Positions 28,008 through 39,677 of a stretch of 64,000 bases of DNA are shown piece after piece. The DNA comes from Eledone cirrhosa (taxonomy: Eukaryota): assembly GCA_964016885.1 (NCBI GenBank), contig OZ024741.1:64480001-64544000 (forward strand). Direction: 5' to 3'. Numbering within the stretch: position 1 is the first letter of the stretch; the number at the start of each line of letters is the position of its first letter. The position numbers and the translations under genes were made by a program. The notes beneath the pieces were generated by a model. That model did no database searches. It was not told the DNA's origin and was given only the letters and a program-made list of their open reading frames with translations.

Positions 28008-28505
28008 ATGGTGGCTGCCAACTCGTTTTCGAGTACGGCCACTACTTTATATCCATGTAGGAGAACCCCTACCGATGCGCTGAACGAATGTGACTTTAGT
28101 CCAGCCAGCGACTTGAAAACTCTGGTACAAACACTACACCTGTGACAATTATTGACACATAGTGCTAGGCCCATGGTACCATGTGACAAGTGCAGAGAGA
28201 TCTCCAGATATAAAGCAATGCCTGTGCTGTGAAGCTTTTATAGTGAGCAAAGGCACTGCACAAAGCCAGTCCCACTCTCTTAACCAAGATGATATTTACC
28301 AAAAAGAAGAACAAGTCAACATCATTGGATACCATCAGAGTTGCAGGTGTTATATCAGAGTTTTCCTTCTCCTAGAATTCTGCCTTGACAAAGGCTAAGG
28401 GGTCATCTCTCCCAGTGATATTGGATGGCCATTGACTCTTAAGAGCTCCTTTGCCCTTTAACAGGTTTTATTTTTAGTCCTGCAGGATGTCCAAAGTCAC
28501 CCATA
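28008..28505 (-). mobile_element. RTE-derived short element, 5'-truncated, in (CATA)n
   Basis: Near-identical to the adjacent copy. (CATA)n on both sides. Confidence 0.75.
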
Positions 28506-28543
28506 AATACATACATACATACATACATACATACATACATACA

Positions 28544-28577
<34 letters not shown>

Positions 28578-28586
28578 CATACATAC

Positions 28587-29195
28587 ATGGTGGCTGCCAA
28601 CTCGTTTTCGAGTACGGCCACTACTTTATATCCATGTAGGAGAACCCCTGCCGATGCGCTGAACGAGTGTGACTTTTTAGTCCAGCCAGCGACTTGAAAA
28701 CTCTGGTACAAACACTACACTTGTGACAATTATTGACACATAGTGCTGGGCCCATGGTACCATGTGACGATAAGTGCAGAGAGATCTCCGGATATAAAGC
28801 AATGCCTGTGCTGTGAAGCTTTTATAGTGAGCAAAGGCACTGCACAAAGCCAGTTCCACTCTCTTAACCAAGATGATATATACCAAAGAGAAGAACAAGT
28901 CAACATCATTGGATACCATCAGGGTTGCAGGTGTTATATCAGAGTTTTCCTTCTCCTAGAATTCTGCCTTGACAAAGGCTAAGGGCTCATTTCTCCCGGT
29001 AATTTTGGATGGCCATTGACTCTTAAGAGCCCCTTTGCCCTTTGACAGGTTTTGTTTTTAGTCCTGCAGGATGTCCAAAGTCACCCTCCTCACCAAGAAA
29101 GCTTGGTGGGGTTGCCAGTTTAGTCGCCAACGACCCGACCATGAGACAGGTTGTACTGGGATACATGTTACCAGTAGCACCAACTGGTGACCTGA
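28587..29195 (-). mobile_element. RTE-derived short non-autonomous element, apparently full length (about 610 bp), in (CATA)n
   Basis: Structured 5' leader plus an RTE-like C2H2 3' tail, with no RT. (CATA)n on both sides. Confidence 0.75.
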
Positions 29196-29347
29196 CATAC
29201 ATACATACATACATACATACATACATACATACATACATACATACATACATACATACATAACATGAATGGACCTGTTATTTTTATCTAAAGACATTTTTTC
29301 CCAATTCCAACCCACCCGTCCCTTCAATCTATTTAATTTCTCATTCT

Positions 29348-29385
29348 TTCTTCTGATGAAGGACTAGCGTCCGAAACGTTAAGAT
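29348..29385 (+). ncRNA. Minimal hammerhead ribozyme motif (Penelope type)
   Basis: ttctt-CTGATGA-a-ggac-tagc-gtcc-GAAAC-gtt-aaga: intact core boxes, 4-bp stem II and palindromic AACGTT. Confidence 0.6.
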
Positions 29386-29476
29386 CTCTTCCTGCTATTT
29401 CAAGCGTTAACCTAATATATTCCTCCCATATACTGTACCGATTGTGTTGTTATTTGTTTACATTTTAGATACATAC

Positions 29477-29585
<109 letters not shown>

Positions 29586-29586
29586 C

Positions 29587-29617
<31 letters not shown>

Positions 29618-29893
29618 GTGGGGGTGGGGGGTCTAGCTGTCGAAACGGCCGGAGCTCAGCCGTCGGAGTCCTGACTCTTTTCTTTTACCCACTCTACTAC
29701 CCTAAGTATTGATTACTCTGGTGCGTTATGGTCCACCTGGTATCTTCATTACGTTTATTGAGTAGTGGCGCGCGTTTCGCTATTGATCAGCTCAAGGTTC
29801 AATCTGTAGCAATCTAGCCTGACTCTGGAATCAAAAGCTCGTCGGACCTCTGCTGTGGTAATGACAGAATAAACCTCTTATATGTATATATAT

Positions 29894-30045
<152 letters not shown>

Positions 30046-30189
30046 CTGCCTGCCTGTCTCATATCATATCTACCATATTAAAAATGAAAGACACATTGGC
30101 CAATATAGTTATAAATATCTGTCAGGATCTTTACGATTCGAACGCTTTTGATAATAGGTCCGCTCGATCTGGGTTTACATGGAGCTAAA

Positions 30190-30360
30190 TAATGATTTCT
30201 AATTTAGGTACAATGGCAGCAATTTTGTTGAGAAAGGGAAAGTATATGATTGAATTGACTCCAAGATTTAACTGGTACTTTATTTTATCGACCTCGGAGA
30301 GATGAATGGCAAAGTTGACTTCGGCGGGATTTGAACCTAAAGAGCTGTTACAAATACTGC
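30190..30360 (-). mobile_element. SINE, main family
   Basis: actggtactttattttatcgacc...gaatggcaaagttgacttcggcgggatttgaac. Confidence 0.7.
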
Positions 30361-30703
30361 TATGCATATAACAGACTATAATCCACTGTAAACCGACTAT
30401 AATCCACTGTAAACCGACTGTAATCCACTACCCTGAAGCTATATAACAACAACGGAACGTAAGCGGAGCTGCTCAATCTGCTAGAAATAGCAACTAAATT
30501 ATCCTCAAAGTACACACTACCATATCAAAAAAAGAAGGAATAAAACTGGATAATATAGTTCTAGATACTCATTGGCTGTGGGAATGACGGGATGGGGACA
30601 TAGCTGGAACACCTGTGACCATAGGTCAACACAGTCAGAGATGACAAAGCTACACAACAACAGCAACAATAACAATATTGACTTTTAATCAATCAAACAA
30701 TAA

Positions 30704-30761
<58 letters not shown>

Positions 30762-31085
30762 AACAAACAACTAAGAAATCAATGTGATAAACAATATCGA
30801 TTTAGCTTTCCTTGGATTTTAGATACATTGTAAACTGCTCTGCAATATCAAAACGAGTTAATGATAGAGTCTCTATGTGGTTGCTCACCATGTTAGAAAT
30901 AACAGCCAAATCTCACGCAAATCACACACATATAATGTAGTCCTAGATACCCTTTAAAATACCCGTGATTGTGGATCCGTTTACTTAAACAAAGCTAACA
31001 TGGAGGTAAACAACAACAACAACAATTAATATATAAAAACATTAATTAAAAACCCGCATTTCCAACTCAACTCAACTGTACTCAC

Positions 31086-31809
31086 CTGATAGACAGGGCA
31101 ATCTGTAAATTGTTTTGCTATGCTTCGAACACACGTAAACACAGGCGGCTGACAGAGATACTGGGGGAAGGTTTCCAGTGCTCTCCATAAGACATCCTTT
31201 CCTAGACACCATTGTCCTGGTGGACAGGCTTTCAATAGCTGTCTTAATGCTTCATTGCTAATGACGTTTCCCAGGTCGCGAAATGTAATGAAGTTTTCAT
31301 AAGAAATGGCATCAAAATAGCTCCATAGATTGCATATATTGTTGAGGTTTGGTTCTGTTGAACATAGAGGGTTTGATGTTTCGTTACTGTTATTCAGGTT
31401 GAGGTTTTTCGATACTGATGGAAAGGTGTTGGTCATTTCTTTGCTTTGATTGCTTGTAGGTGTTGAATAATTGCTGTTTGTGTTGTAACTAGAAATAACT
31501 GACACATTTCTAAACCATTGTTGTTGTTCTGGTGTTAATGTTTCATTTTGTCCTTGTTGTTGTTGCAGCTGATTCTGTTGTTGTTGTTGCTGCTGCTGCT
31601 GTTGTTCTATTATGTTTTCTTGCTGTTGTTGTTCTGGCTGTCCTGTTGCATTTACTTGCAATTGTTGCTGTCCTAGAAATATTTTTCGCCATTGTTGCCA
31701 TAGAGGCACCTGTTCTGTTACTCCTTGCGATACAGTCTGTTGTTGCTGCTGCTGCTGTTGCTGTTGCTGCTCTTCTGGTACACTTCCTTGCCATTGCTGC
31801 TGCTGCTGC

Positions 31810-31857
<48 letters not shown>

Positions 31858-32252
31858 ACATTTTCTTGCCCTTTTTCTTCTGTTCCTTGTGATACTATCT
31901 CTTGTACGGCATTATTTAAAAAGGACTTTCTCGTTGTTAACGCCTGCTCATCAAATAGATGCTTGGCGGTGAGCCAATCATTTTCCGTATACCCTGGCGA
32001 AGTTGCTACGTCTATAACGTTATCGCCGGAGTTTTCGTCGTCACTGTAGTCGCTATCCTCATCGTCATAGCGGTTAGCATTGCCATTCATGATATCCTCC
32101 AATTCTCCTGCGTTTAAGCCAAATAAAGACATAACATTATTCTTCAAATTACTTGCGTCGTTTTCTGCTTCTTCAGATCTTACAACTCTAATATTTATAG
32201 TAATTAACAAGATTGCCAATAAACATGGAAACAGTATTAACGATAGACCCAT
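31086..32252 (-). CDS. First coding exon (389 aa) of a secreted protein: signal peptide, acidic region, poly-Gln tracts, Cys-rich domain
   Basis: Open frame of more than 1.1 kb with non-repetitive ends. AAAATGG start context and hydrophobic leader MGLSLILFPCLLAILLITINI. Seven Cys in the distal domain. Phase-0 donor CAG|GTGAGT at 31086/31085. Confidence 0.8.
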
Positions 32253-32405
32253 TTTATTATTTTAGGCGGTGAGCAATGTACTAAAAAGACTAACTATTCG
32301 TAAATATTTGGAGTATGTACGAAATATATATTATATTATATTATATTATGTTATGTTATATTATATTATATATATTAAGTACATAATATAGATTTAGTGT
32401 GTATG

Positions 32406-32513
<108 letters not shown>

Positions 32514-32592
32514 TAGTTATGTAAGATGCTTAAGTTTTTTCTCAAGCGTTAGTTATATCATTAATGTTATTTGTTGCTGTGAGTTTTCTTTT

Positions 32593-32652
<60 letters not shown>

Positions 32653-33889
32653 AGATAAAACTTCAACTGTTGTTAATTGCAATCGTTTTTGGGGGGGTTG
32701 TCTTTTTTTTTTTGCTAATATATAATTTAGGTTTTCGTTACTTTCTTTTTTCCAGAATTTCCTAAGGCTAAGGTAAAGTTAATAGGGTTTGTAGCTAATG
32801 TTGCTGTTATTGTTGTTGTAGTTTGTGGTATTATTGTTGATGTTGTTGTTGTTTTATAAATGCTTCAATGTTCCCCAGTACTGTGGTCCTTGTTTCTGTG
32901 TTGCTGCATCCGTAATGGTGGTTGTTGTTCTTGTGAAAACTGTTGCTGTTACTGTTACTGTTGCTCCCACGACTTCTGAACACGATAACGGAAATGATGG
33001 TAATAAGAATGGTACTTGTGGTACCAATGGTGATATTGATGTTGTTTTTGTTGTTGTTATTGTCGTCGTTGTTGTTATTGCTGTTGATGTTGATAGAATT
33101 GGTGTCGTAGACAAAGATACTATTGGTTTCATTTACTATATTGCAGATGTTGTTGTGGTTGCTGTTCTTGTTTTGTTGTTGCTTTTGTTGTTATTGTTGT
33201 TGTTGATGCTGTCGTTGTTGTACTAATGTATTTGAAATCCTGTTTATCAATACAATTTAATCCGACTAATCTTTCAAATTTACGCCGTTTTTCATGTTTC
33301 TGACACTTTTTCGGGAATAAAAATCCATCGCGTTTAAAATACAAGAGAAAAGAACAATGATATGAATAATACTAATAATTATAATTATATTTATAATTAT
33401 AATTATAGTAACGAAAGTGAAATAATTAATTATTTTCAACAATAAAATCCAGTGAAACCTTTGCGAAGACAAAATGTAAATTTGTTTTCCTTAATTTGGA
33501 TCTAATTGAGGGTTATAACAACAGCTAGAGCGGGTAATTATATGTGGAATTAAGTCTGGAGTAGAATATGTGGATGTTACATCGTAAATTGATTAAAATG
33601 GTTATAATAACATTTATATACATCTGTTTCTTGGGTGTGTAAATAAAGACATCATATTGTGCGCATGTACAATAGTTGTGACGTTGCTTGAAACAATTTT
33701 TGTTGTACTTGATTTTATGTATGTGTGGGGTGGGGGGCGTGTATGTATGCGTGTGTATATGTGGCTAATATTATAGGCGGGTTCTGAATGTGTCGAAATA
33801 AACAAAACAAAAAATGAAAGAGAAGAATCGCTGCATGATTGATTTTAAGTAAAGTTATGTTTGTTTAAAGTTTGTATATCTACATAGAT

Positions 33890-33942
<53 letters not shown>

Positions 33943-36900
33943 TTTCTGTTTATTTGCCACTAGGGCACAAAAGAAAGGGACATGTACATGGGTGGGGGGA
34001 GTTTACATAAAAATCGAGTAAGAAAAATATAACAAACAAAATAATAACAAGAAGGTCCTCAATAGGGAGGGATCGTTTTGGGGTCACACACACCCCCGAA
34101 AAAAAGTGTGCGACCCTTCTCCACGGGAGCACAAAGAGAGGGTGCTCCCTTCTTTCTGTTCCACCTACAGGCTGAGGTAGAGAGAAGGCCCATTCACACG
34201 GGCCATTCTCGCAACTTTCACCCACCTTTCATAAAACTTGCTGGAGTGGAGCACCTCTCTCTCCATCCTGATCCTTCTTCCGAAATGGTATCGGAAGAAA
34301 AGGACCAGTTGTTGGCCGGAGAGAAAGGTGTCCGACCTCAGCCCTTTCAGACGCGTCCACCATATAGCCTCTTTTACCATGGCTATTACACAGAGGAAGA
34401 CCGCCTCTCCTTCATTTTTGAAGGGGGGAGGCGGCTTGATCGTTACACTCGGTGGTCAACCTAATTGGTCCCACCCGTGACAGCAGTTGTTCGACATAGC
34501 CCCACAGATCGGCAACGCCCGGGCAGTGCACCAATGCGTGCGCGACGGTTTCCTCGTCGCGCACGCATCTCGGACAGATCTTTTTCGAGGGGTCCCTACC
34601 CGGGCGCCCGTGTCTGTAGAGCTTATCCCGAACGAGCAGAGCCCCTCGGTAGCACTGCCAGGCCAAGGACTTCTGGAAGTTGTCCATAGGTCCCGGGCCG
34701 AAAGTCCTACCGAATAGACTGGCCAGTTCGTCCTCCTCCATGCCTAGGGCTTCTCTGAGGGCGTCGTCGCACCCGCTAATCACCAGCCCTCTATAGAATG
34801 ACGAGGTGGAGTCTCCGTCGATAGCCGGGTCCGCCTGCCAGAGAGCCGTAAGCGCCTGGGCACACTCGGTGTGCCAGTCGCCCAGTTTTCTCGGTCTTTG
34901 CTTCACCCAGGACTGCAGCTCGGTGAGCGAGACGAGCCTCGGGAAGGCTCGCCTCACAAACGGGGCCCACACCGGTTGACCGGTGAGGAATACCTGTAGG
35001 TGCCTTAGCCTCAATGCGGGTTTATGCATTTTTAGCCACGGCATCCCCAGCCCTCCTTTCAAAGGGTGTTGACAGCAGATGGATCTCCTCACCAGAGGAG
35101 ACCTCTTCTTCCAAAGGAAATAAAAGAGGGCGCGCTCCATTTTGGCGAGGATCTCACCCGGGCAAGGCACGACAGTCAAGCGGTAATAGATGACGGATGC
35201 TATGTAAGCGTTCGCCACCTCCGCCCGACCTTTTAGGGATAGTTTGCACTCGGCCCACTTCTGGGTCAGTGCAAACACCCTATTCGTCACCTCACCCCAG
35301 TTTTTCTCCACCTGGAGGTCCGGTCCGAACCAGACCCCAAGCAACTTCACCGGGCCCTCCGTCCACCGTCCGACGATACCGTCGCACGACATCGCGTTGC
35401 CCCTCCACTCGCCGAGTTACAAAGCGACTGACTTGTCCCGGTTCAGCTTAGCCCCTGTCAACCTTTCGTACTCCTCCAGTAAGGTGCCGATTGCCTCGAT
35501 TTCCGAGGTGGTCTACACCATTACTGTTACGTCATCGGCATAGGCCGACACCGCTTTGCGCAATCCCGGTTCCAAAGGGATGCCCTGCAACAACTCCAAC
35601 TTCCGCAGTAGTGGCTCGAGAGCCAATACATACAGAAGGGAGGAGAGAGGGCATCCTTGTCGGATGGAGCGGGTGATTTCGAACGGCTCCGAAAGGTAGC
35701 CGTTCACCTTGACTCTAGAGCAGATGCGGCTGCTGTGCATGGCAGTGATCCAGCCCCTGAAAACGGGTCCGAACCCAGCCGCCGCTAGCACCGCATCCAG
35801 GTAACCATGGTCCACCCTATCGAACGCTTTAGACTGATCTAAATTTATCAGGGCCCCACCAAAGCCGGGTTCGTTCCCAACCCTCTCTATGATGTATCGC
35901 ATGAGGTGGAGGTTGTCGTGGATGGACCTGGACGGGATAGCGCATGTCTGCGCATCTCCCACCAGGCCCCTCACGACAAGCGCCAACCTCTTCGCTAACA
36001 CCTTCGCCAAAATCTTTAACTCTGCATTTAGCAGAGTTATGGGCCTAAAATTATTAATGTCATCCCCCTTGTTCTCGTCCTTCCTCACTAGCGAGACTAC
36101 GCCCTTGGTCACAGAACAGGGAATTCTCCCGTTCTGTTGCCAGTTGCAGTAGACCGCCTCGAGGAGATCGGGGAACAAGTCCGGCATATTAATATATAGT
36201 TCGTAGGGCAGACCATCGAGTCCTGGAGATTTGCGTTTGCCGCATAGGCTCAGCACGTCCCCTATTTCAGCAGCTGAGATCGGCCCGTCGCAGGACTTCG
36301 CCTCCCTGTCCGAAAGACGCGGCAGGCCGTCGAGGTATGGACCGAAATCCACATCTCCAACCGGCTCCCCGCCCCTCCCGAACAATTGGGCAAAGTGCCT
36401 TTGAAAGGCCTCGCACATTTGCTTAGGTTCAAGGATCACCCGTCCATCCTGGTCTCGCAAAGACCGGATAGTGGATTTAATCCCACTTTTCGCTTCTGTC
36501 ACGCGGGCCCAGCTAACAGCTTTGGTCCCCTCGTTTCCCAGAGCACGTATTTTGCTTCGGACAACGCAGCCTTCGTGTTTCGCGTCGAAGAACTGGTTCA
36601 AGACCGTTCTCGACGCTTGCACTCTGGCCACGTTGCCGCTTCTCATTGCCTCTTCAACATTAACTACCAACTCCCTTTCCTTCCTATTTCTATCTGAGGC
36701 TAACTCCTTACTAACTCCTATTGAAACTACTCTAATCTCTCTTTTTAGAGAGCCCCACCACCTGTTGTTGACGATGGCGCCCGTCAACCGCTCCTTAACT
36801 AAGGTTCTAATCCGGTCCCTGTAAGCTCTACTTGCCGGTAAGGACAAGTTGAGCTTCCAGTAACCGGGCCCCTGCCTATGCGTTCTATCAAGGTGGACTA

Positions 36901-39577
36901 CGCAGGTCACTAACTTGTGGTCTGAATAGCCCACCATGAGCATTTCTGGACAACTTAAAAAGTCCCTATCCTTAATTCTAACTAAGAACCTATCTAGGTA
37001 CGATCTAGATTGACCACTGTTATTTGACCAGGTCCAGGTTGGTACAGTCGGAAAATCTAGTCGGTATCTATCGGCCAGGTCAAATCGGCCGATTAACCCC
37101 TTAAGGCTGTTACACCCCCCTCTATCGGGACATGCCCCTACATAGTCCCAACGTGCATCTAGGATACCATTCCAGTCCCCCACTAAAAGCAAGGCGCGGG
37201 ACGTCCCTAGAAAAGTCTCCAGACGATGGAAGAAGTCCGACCGCATTGCCCCAAAAGGGGCGTATACGGCGACAAGCCTAAAAGCTTCGCCTTCACCATT
37301 GCCAAGGTCCAGAACCACGAGTCAACCCTCCGGGTCCAAGTGTACCGTCTGTGTAGCGAGACCCAGATGTTTTTGCAGCAGAACGACAACCCCACCCCCA
37401 CCTCCGGGCTGACAGAGAGATGCGTGCATCTCAAAGTCATCAAAGGTGGGGGCTAGCTGTCGCATGCTGCTGATCCGGGCCTCGCAAATAACCATTACAT
37501 TTATACATTGTGACCTGAGGTCACTTAGAAGTTTAGCTTGCTTCCAAGGTGAGCCCACGCCACACGCATTTAGACAACCTACTCTTAAGACAGCCATGTT
37601 GGTGGCAAAGAAAGAGGCACTTACCTTTCTGCGTCCCGGGGTTCGGGCCGCTCAGTTTCCATGGGGCTGGTGGAGGGGTTGATGGGTGGGTGGTGGTTTG
37701 TGGTGGTGTGGGGGTATTAGTGTGTGGAGGGGTTGGGATCTTTGGAGTTGTGTGGGTGTTTGAGGAGGGGAGGGGAAAACCTTTCAGGAGGACGCGGTTG
37801 AGTGGCCTGGTGCAGGGTGGGCCCACGTCCTCAGGGTAAATGTCTTTCAAAGTTTTGAAAATGTCAAGTGGGATTTTCACCATTTTCAGGTTAGGGAGTC
37901 CCATTGCCGTTACGAAATTCGGCCCTTCGGTTTGTATCGAAGGGTTGTTTTCTATTTTTTCAGTTAGGTTTTTATTGTTTTTATTTATGTATGTGTAGAG
38001 TTTTTGTGTTGTTGTGTTTGTTTTTGCTTGTTGTTGTTGAGTGAGTTTGCGTTTTATTGTCTGTGTTGTGTTGTCAGGTGGGGTTATTTTTGTTTGTGTG
38101 GTGTGTGTACGTTTTTTTCTTTTCACTTTTTGGAAAGGAGCCCCCTCGTCTTCCGACGATATGAGCTCCTCTTCCGTATTGGAGGGGAGGGGTATATCTC
38201 CGGGTTGTGTATGAACTGCGTGTGTTTTTGTATTTGTGTTCTGTGGGGTGGGGCTGGGTGGGACCGTGTTATGGGTTGTTTTCTTGAGCTGTTGTTGATG
38301 TTGTTGTTGTTGTGGCGGTGGTGGTGGTGGTGGTGGTGGTAGTGTTGTTGGTTTTGTTGTCGTTCTGGTGGTGATGGTAGTGTATTTTGTTGTTTTTGTG
38401 ATGGTGGTGCTGGTTGTTTTTGTTGTTGTTGTGGTGTTTGTAGCAGTGGTTTTGTTGTTGTTAGTAGAGGGCAGGCCGTCCTCAGGTGACCGCTGCCAGC
38501 GCAGTGGTAACATGAGGGTCTCCTGCCTTCCACTGTGATATTTATGAAGGTTCGCTCATCCAGTAGCACTCGGTCGGGTATTCCGGAGATTCTCTCAGGT
38601 GTCATCTGTAAGAGAACCTCCAGACTTTTCCCCCCGAACAGTCCACTGGTGGACTCCCCTGCTGAAATAAGTATATCCTTTTCTACGGTCGGTAAATCCT
38701 GTTAGGACGGACCAGATGTTAATTACTGGCGTTGGGCTCCATATTCTTATTCTTTGTGTTCTTCTTCCTTTATATGTGGGGAAGAAGGTGTATTGTGGTG
38801 ACACTATAGGTGCCACCGAATATTTTTGCGCCAGCATTTCGTCCTTCATTCGGACCATAATGCTGGCATACAGCTTTCCTCTTTGAATAAAGAGTATGTC
38901 GTTTTTAATGTCTTTCAGAACCAGCTCAATTTGACTTTCGGTCAATTGAGCTGGCTTTCTTGTTGCGTTGGTTATGGTCCTGTAGGTTACGGTATTCTTA
39001 TAAACCTGTTGACGCACTTCTTCTGGGGAGTTGATCGTAAAAGAACCATCCGCCCCAAAAGATACGTATTTTCTAGCCTCTAGCAAATTTTCCTTAGCGT
39101 TCGTGATGTCTATGGGTTTGTATTCCGTGGCTTTCCTGAGTGTTTGGGAAAAAGAAATTTTGTTGTCTTTGTTTGTTGTTGTAATGTTGTTGGTTTCCTT
39201 ATTTGTGGTGTTATTTTTTTCTTCAAAATTAAGTTTTTCATTTGAATTAATATTCTTTTTTTTTTCATTGGAGAGGAGGGGCTGTTCAACAGTTTGAACT
39301 GTTGTTTCCTCTTTCCCGCTTGTTTTTTTGGTAGGCGTGGCGTTCGCTTCCAATATGGCGATATCGTTTTCGACGATATCGTTATCAACGATATCGATAA
39401 ACATTTTTGAATTAATTATTTTTCACCCCAAAAGGGGTGAAAATATATTTACCCTACGTCTATAGTAGACTAGGGGTTAGAGTTAATAATACAAAAGAAT
39501 TCAAATAATTCACTCACAAATATAGCAGGTAAAAATCCCAAATCGCAGAACCGATATGAAACACGTCTACTATCCTG
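33943..39577 (-). mobile_element. Full-length L1/Tx1-clade LINE (copy B), flanked by (GACA)n
   Basis: ORF1 pieces at 38595-39404, 38123-38605 (CYHCAGSGHLRTAC) and 37533-38513. ORF2 at 34165-37597 with APE and RT (AYADDV). 3' end GTGCCCTAGTGGCAAATAAA. Confidence 0.93.
34165..37597 (-). pseudogene. Tx1 copy B ORF2 (APE-RT), few disruptions
   Basis: ORFs 37322-37597, 35513-37318, 34412-35392 and 34165-34380. Confidence 0.92.
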
Positions 39578-39593
39578 AGACAGACAGACAGAC

Positions 39594-39676
<83 letters not shown>

Positions 39677-39677
<1 letters not shown>

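Noticed and set aside
31532-32049. Plus-strand poly-Cys/Val/Ala ORFs
   Set aside because: These are antisense shadows of the CAA/CAG tracts of the minus-strand gene.
32825-33226. Hydrophobic 133-aa ORF
   Set aside because: Degenerate (GTT)n low-complexity sequence.
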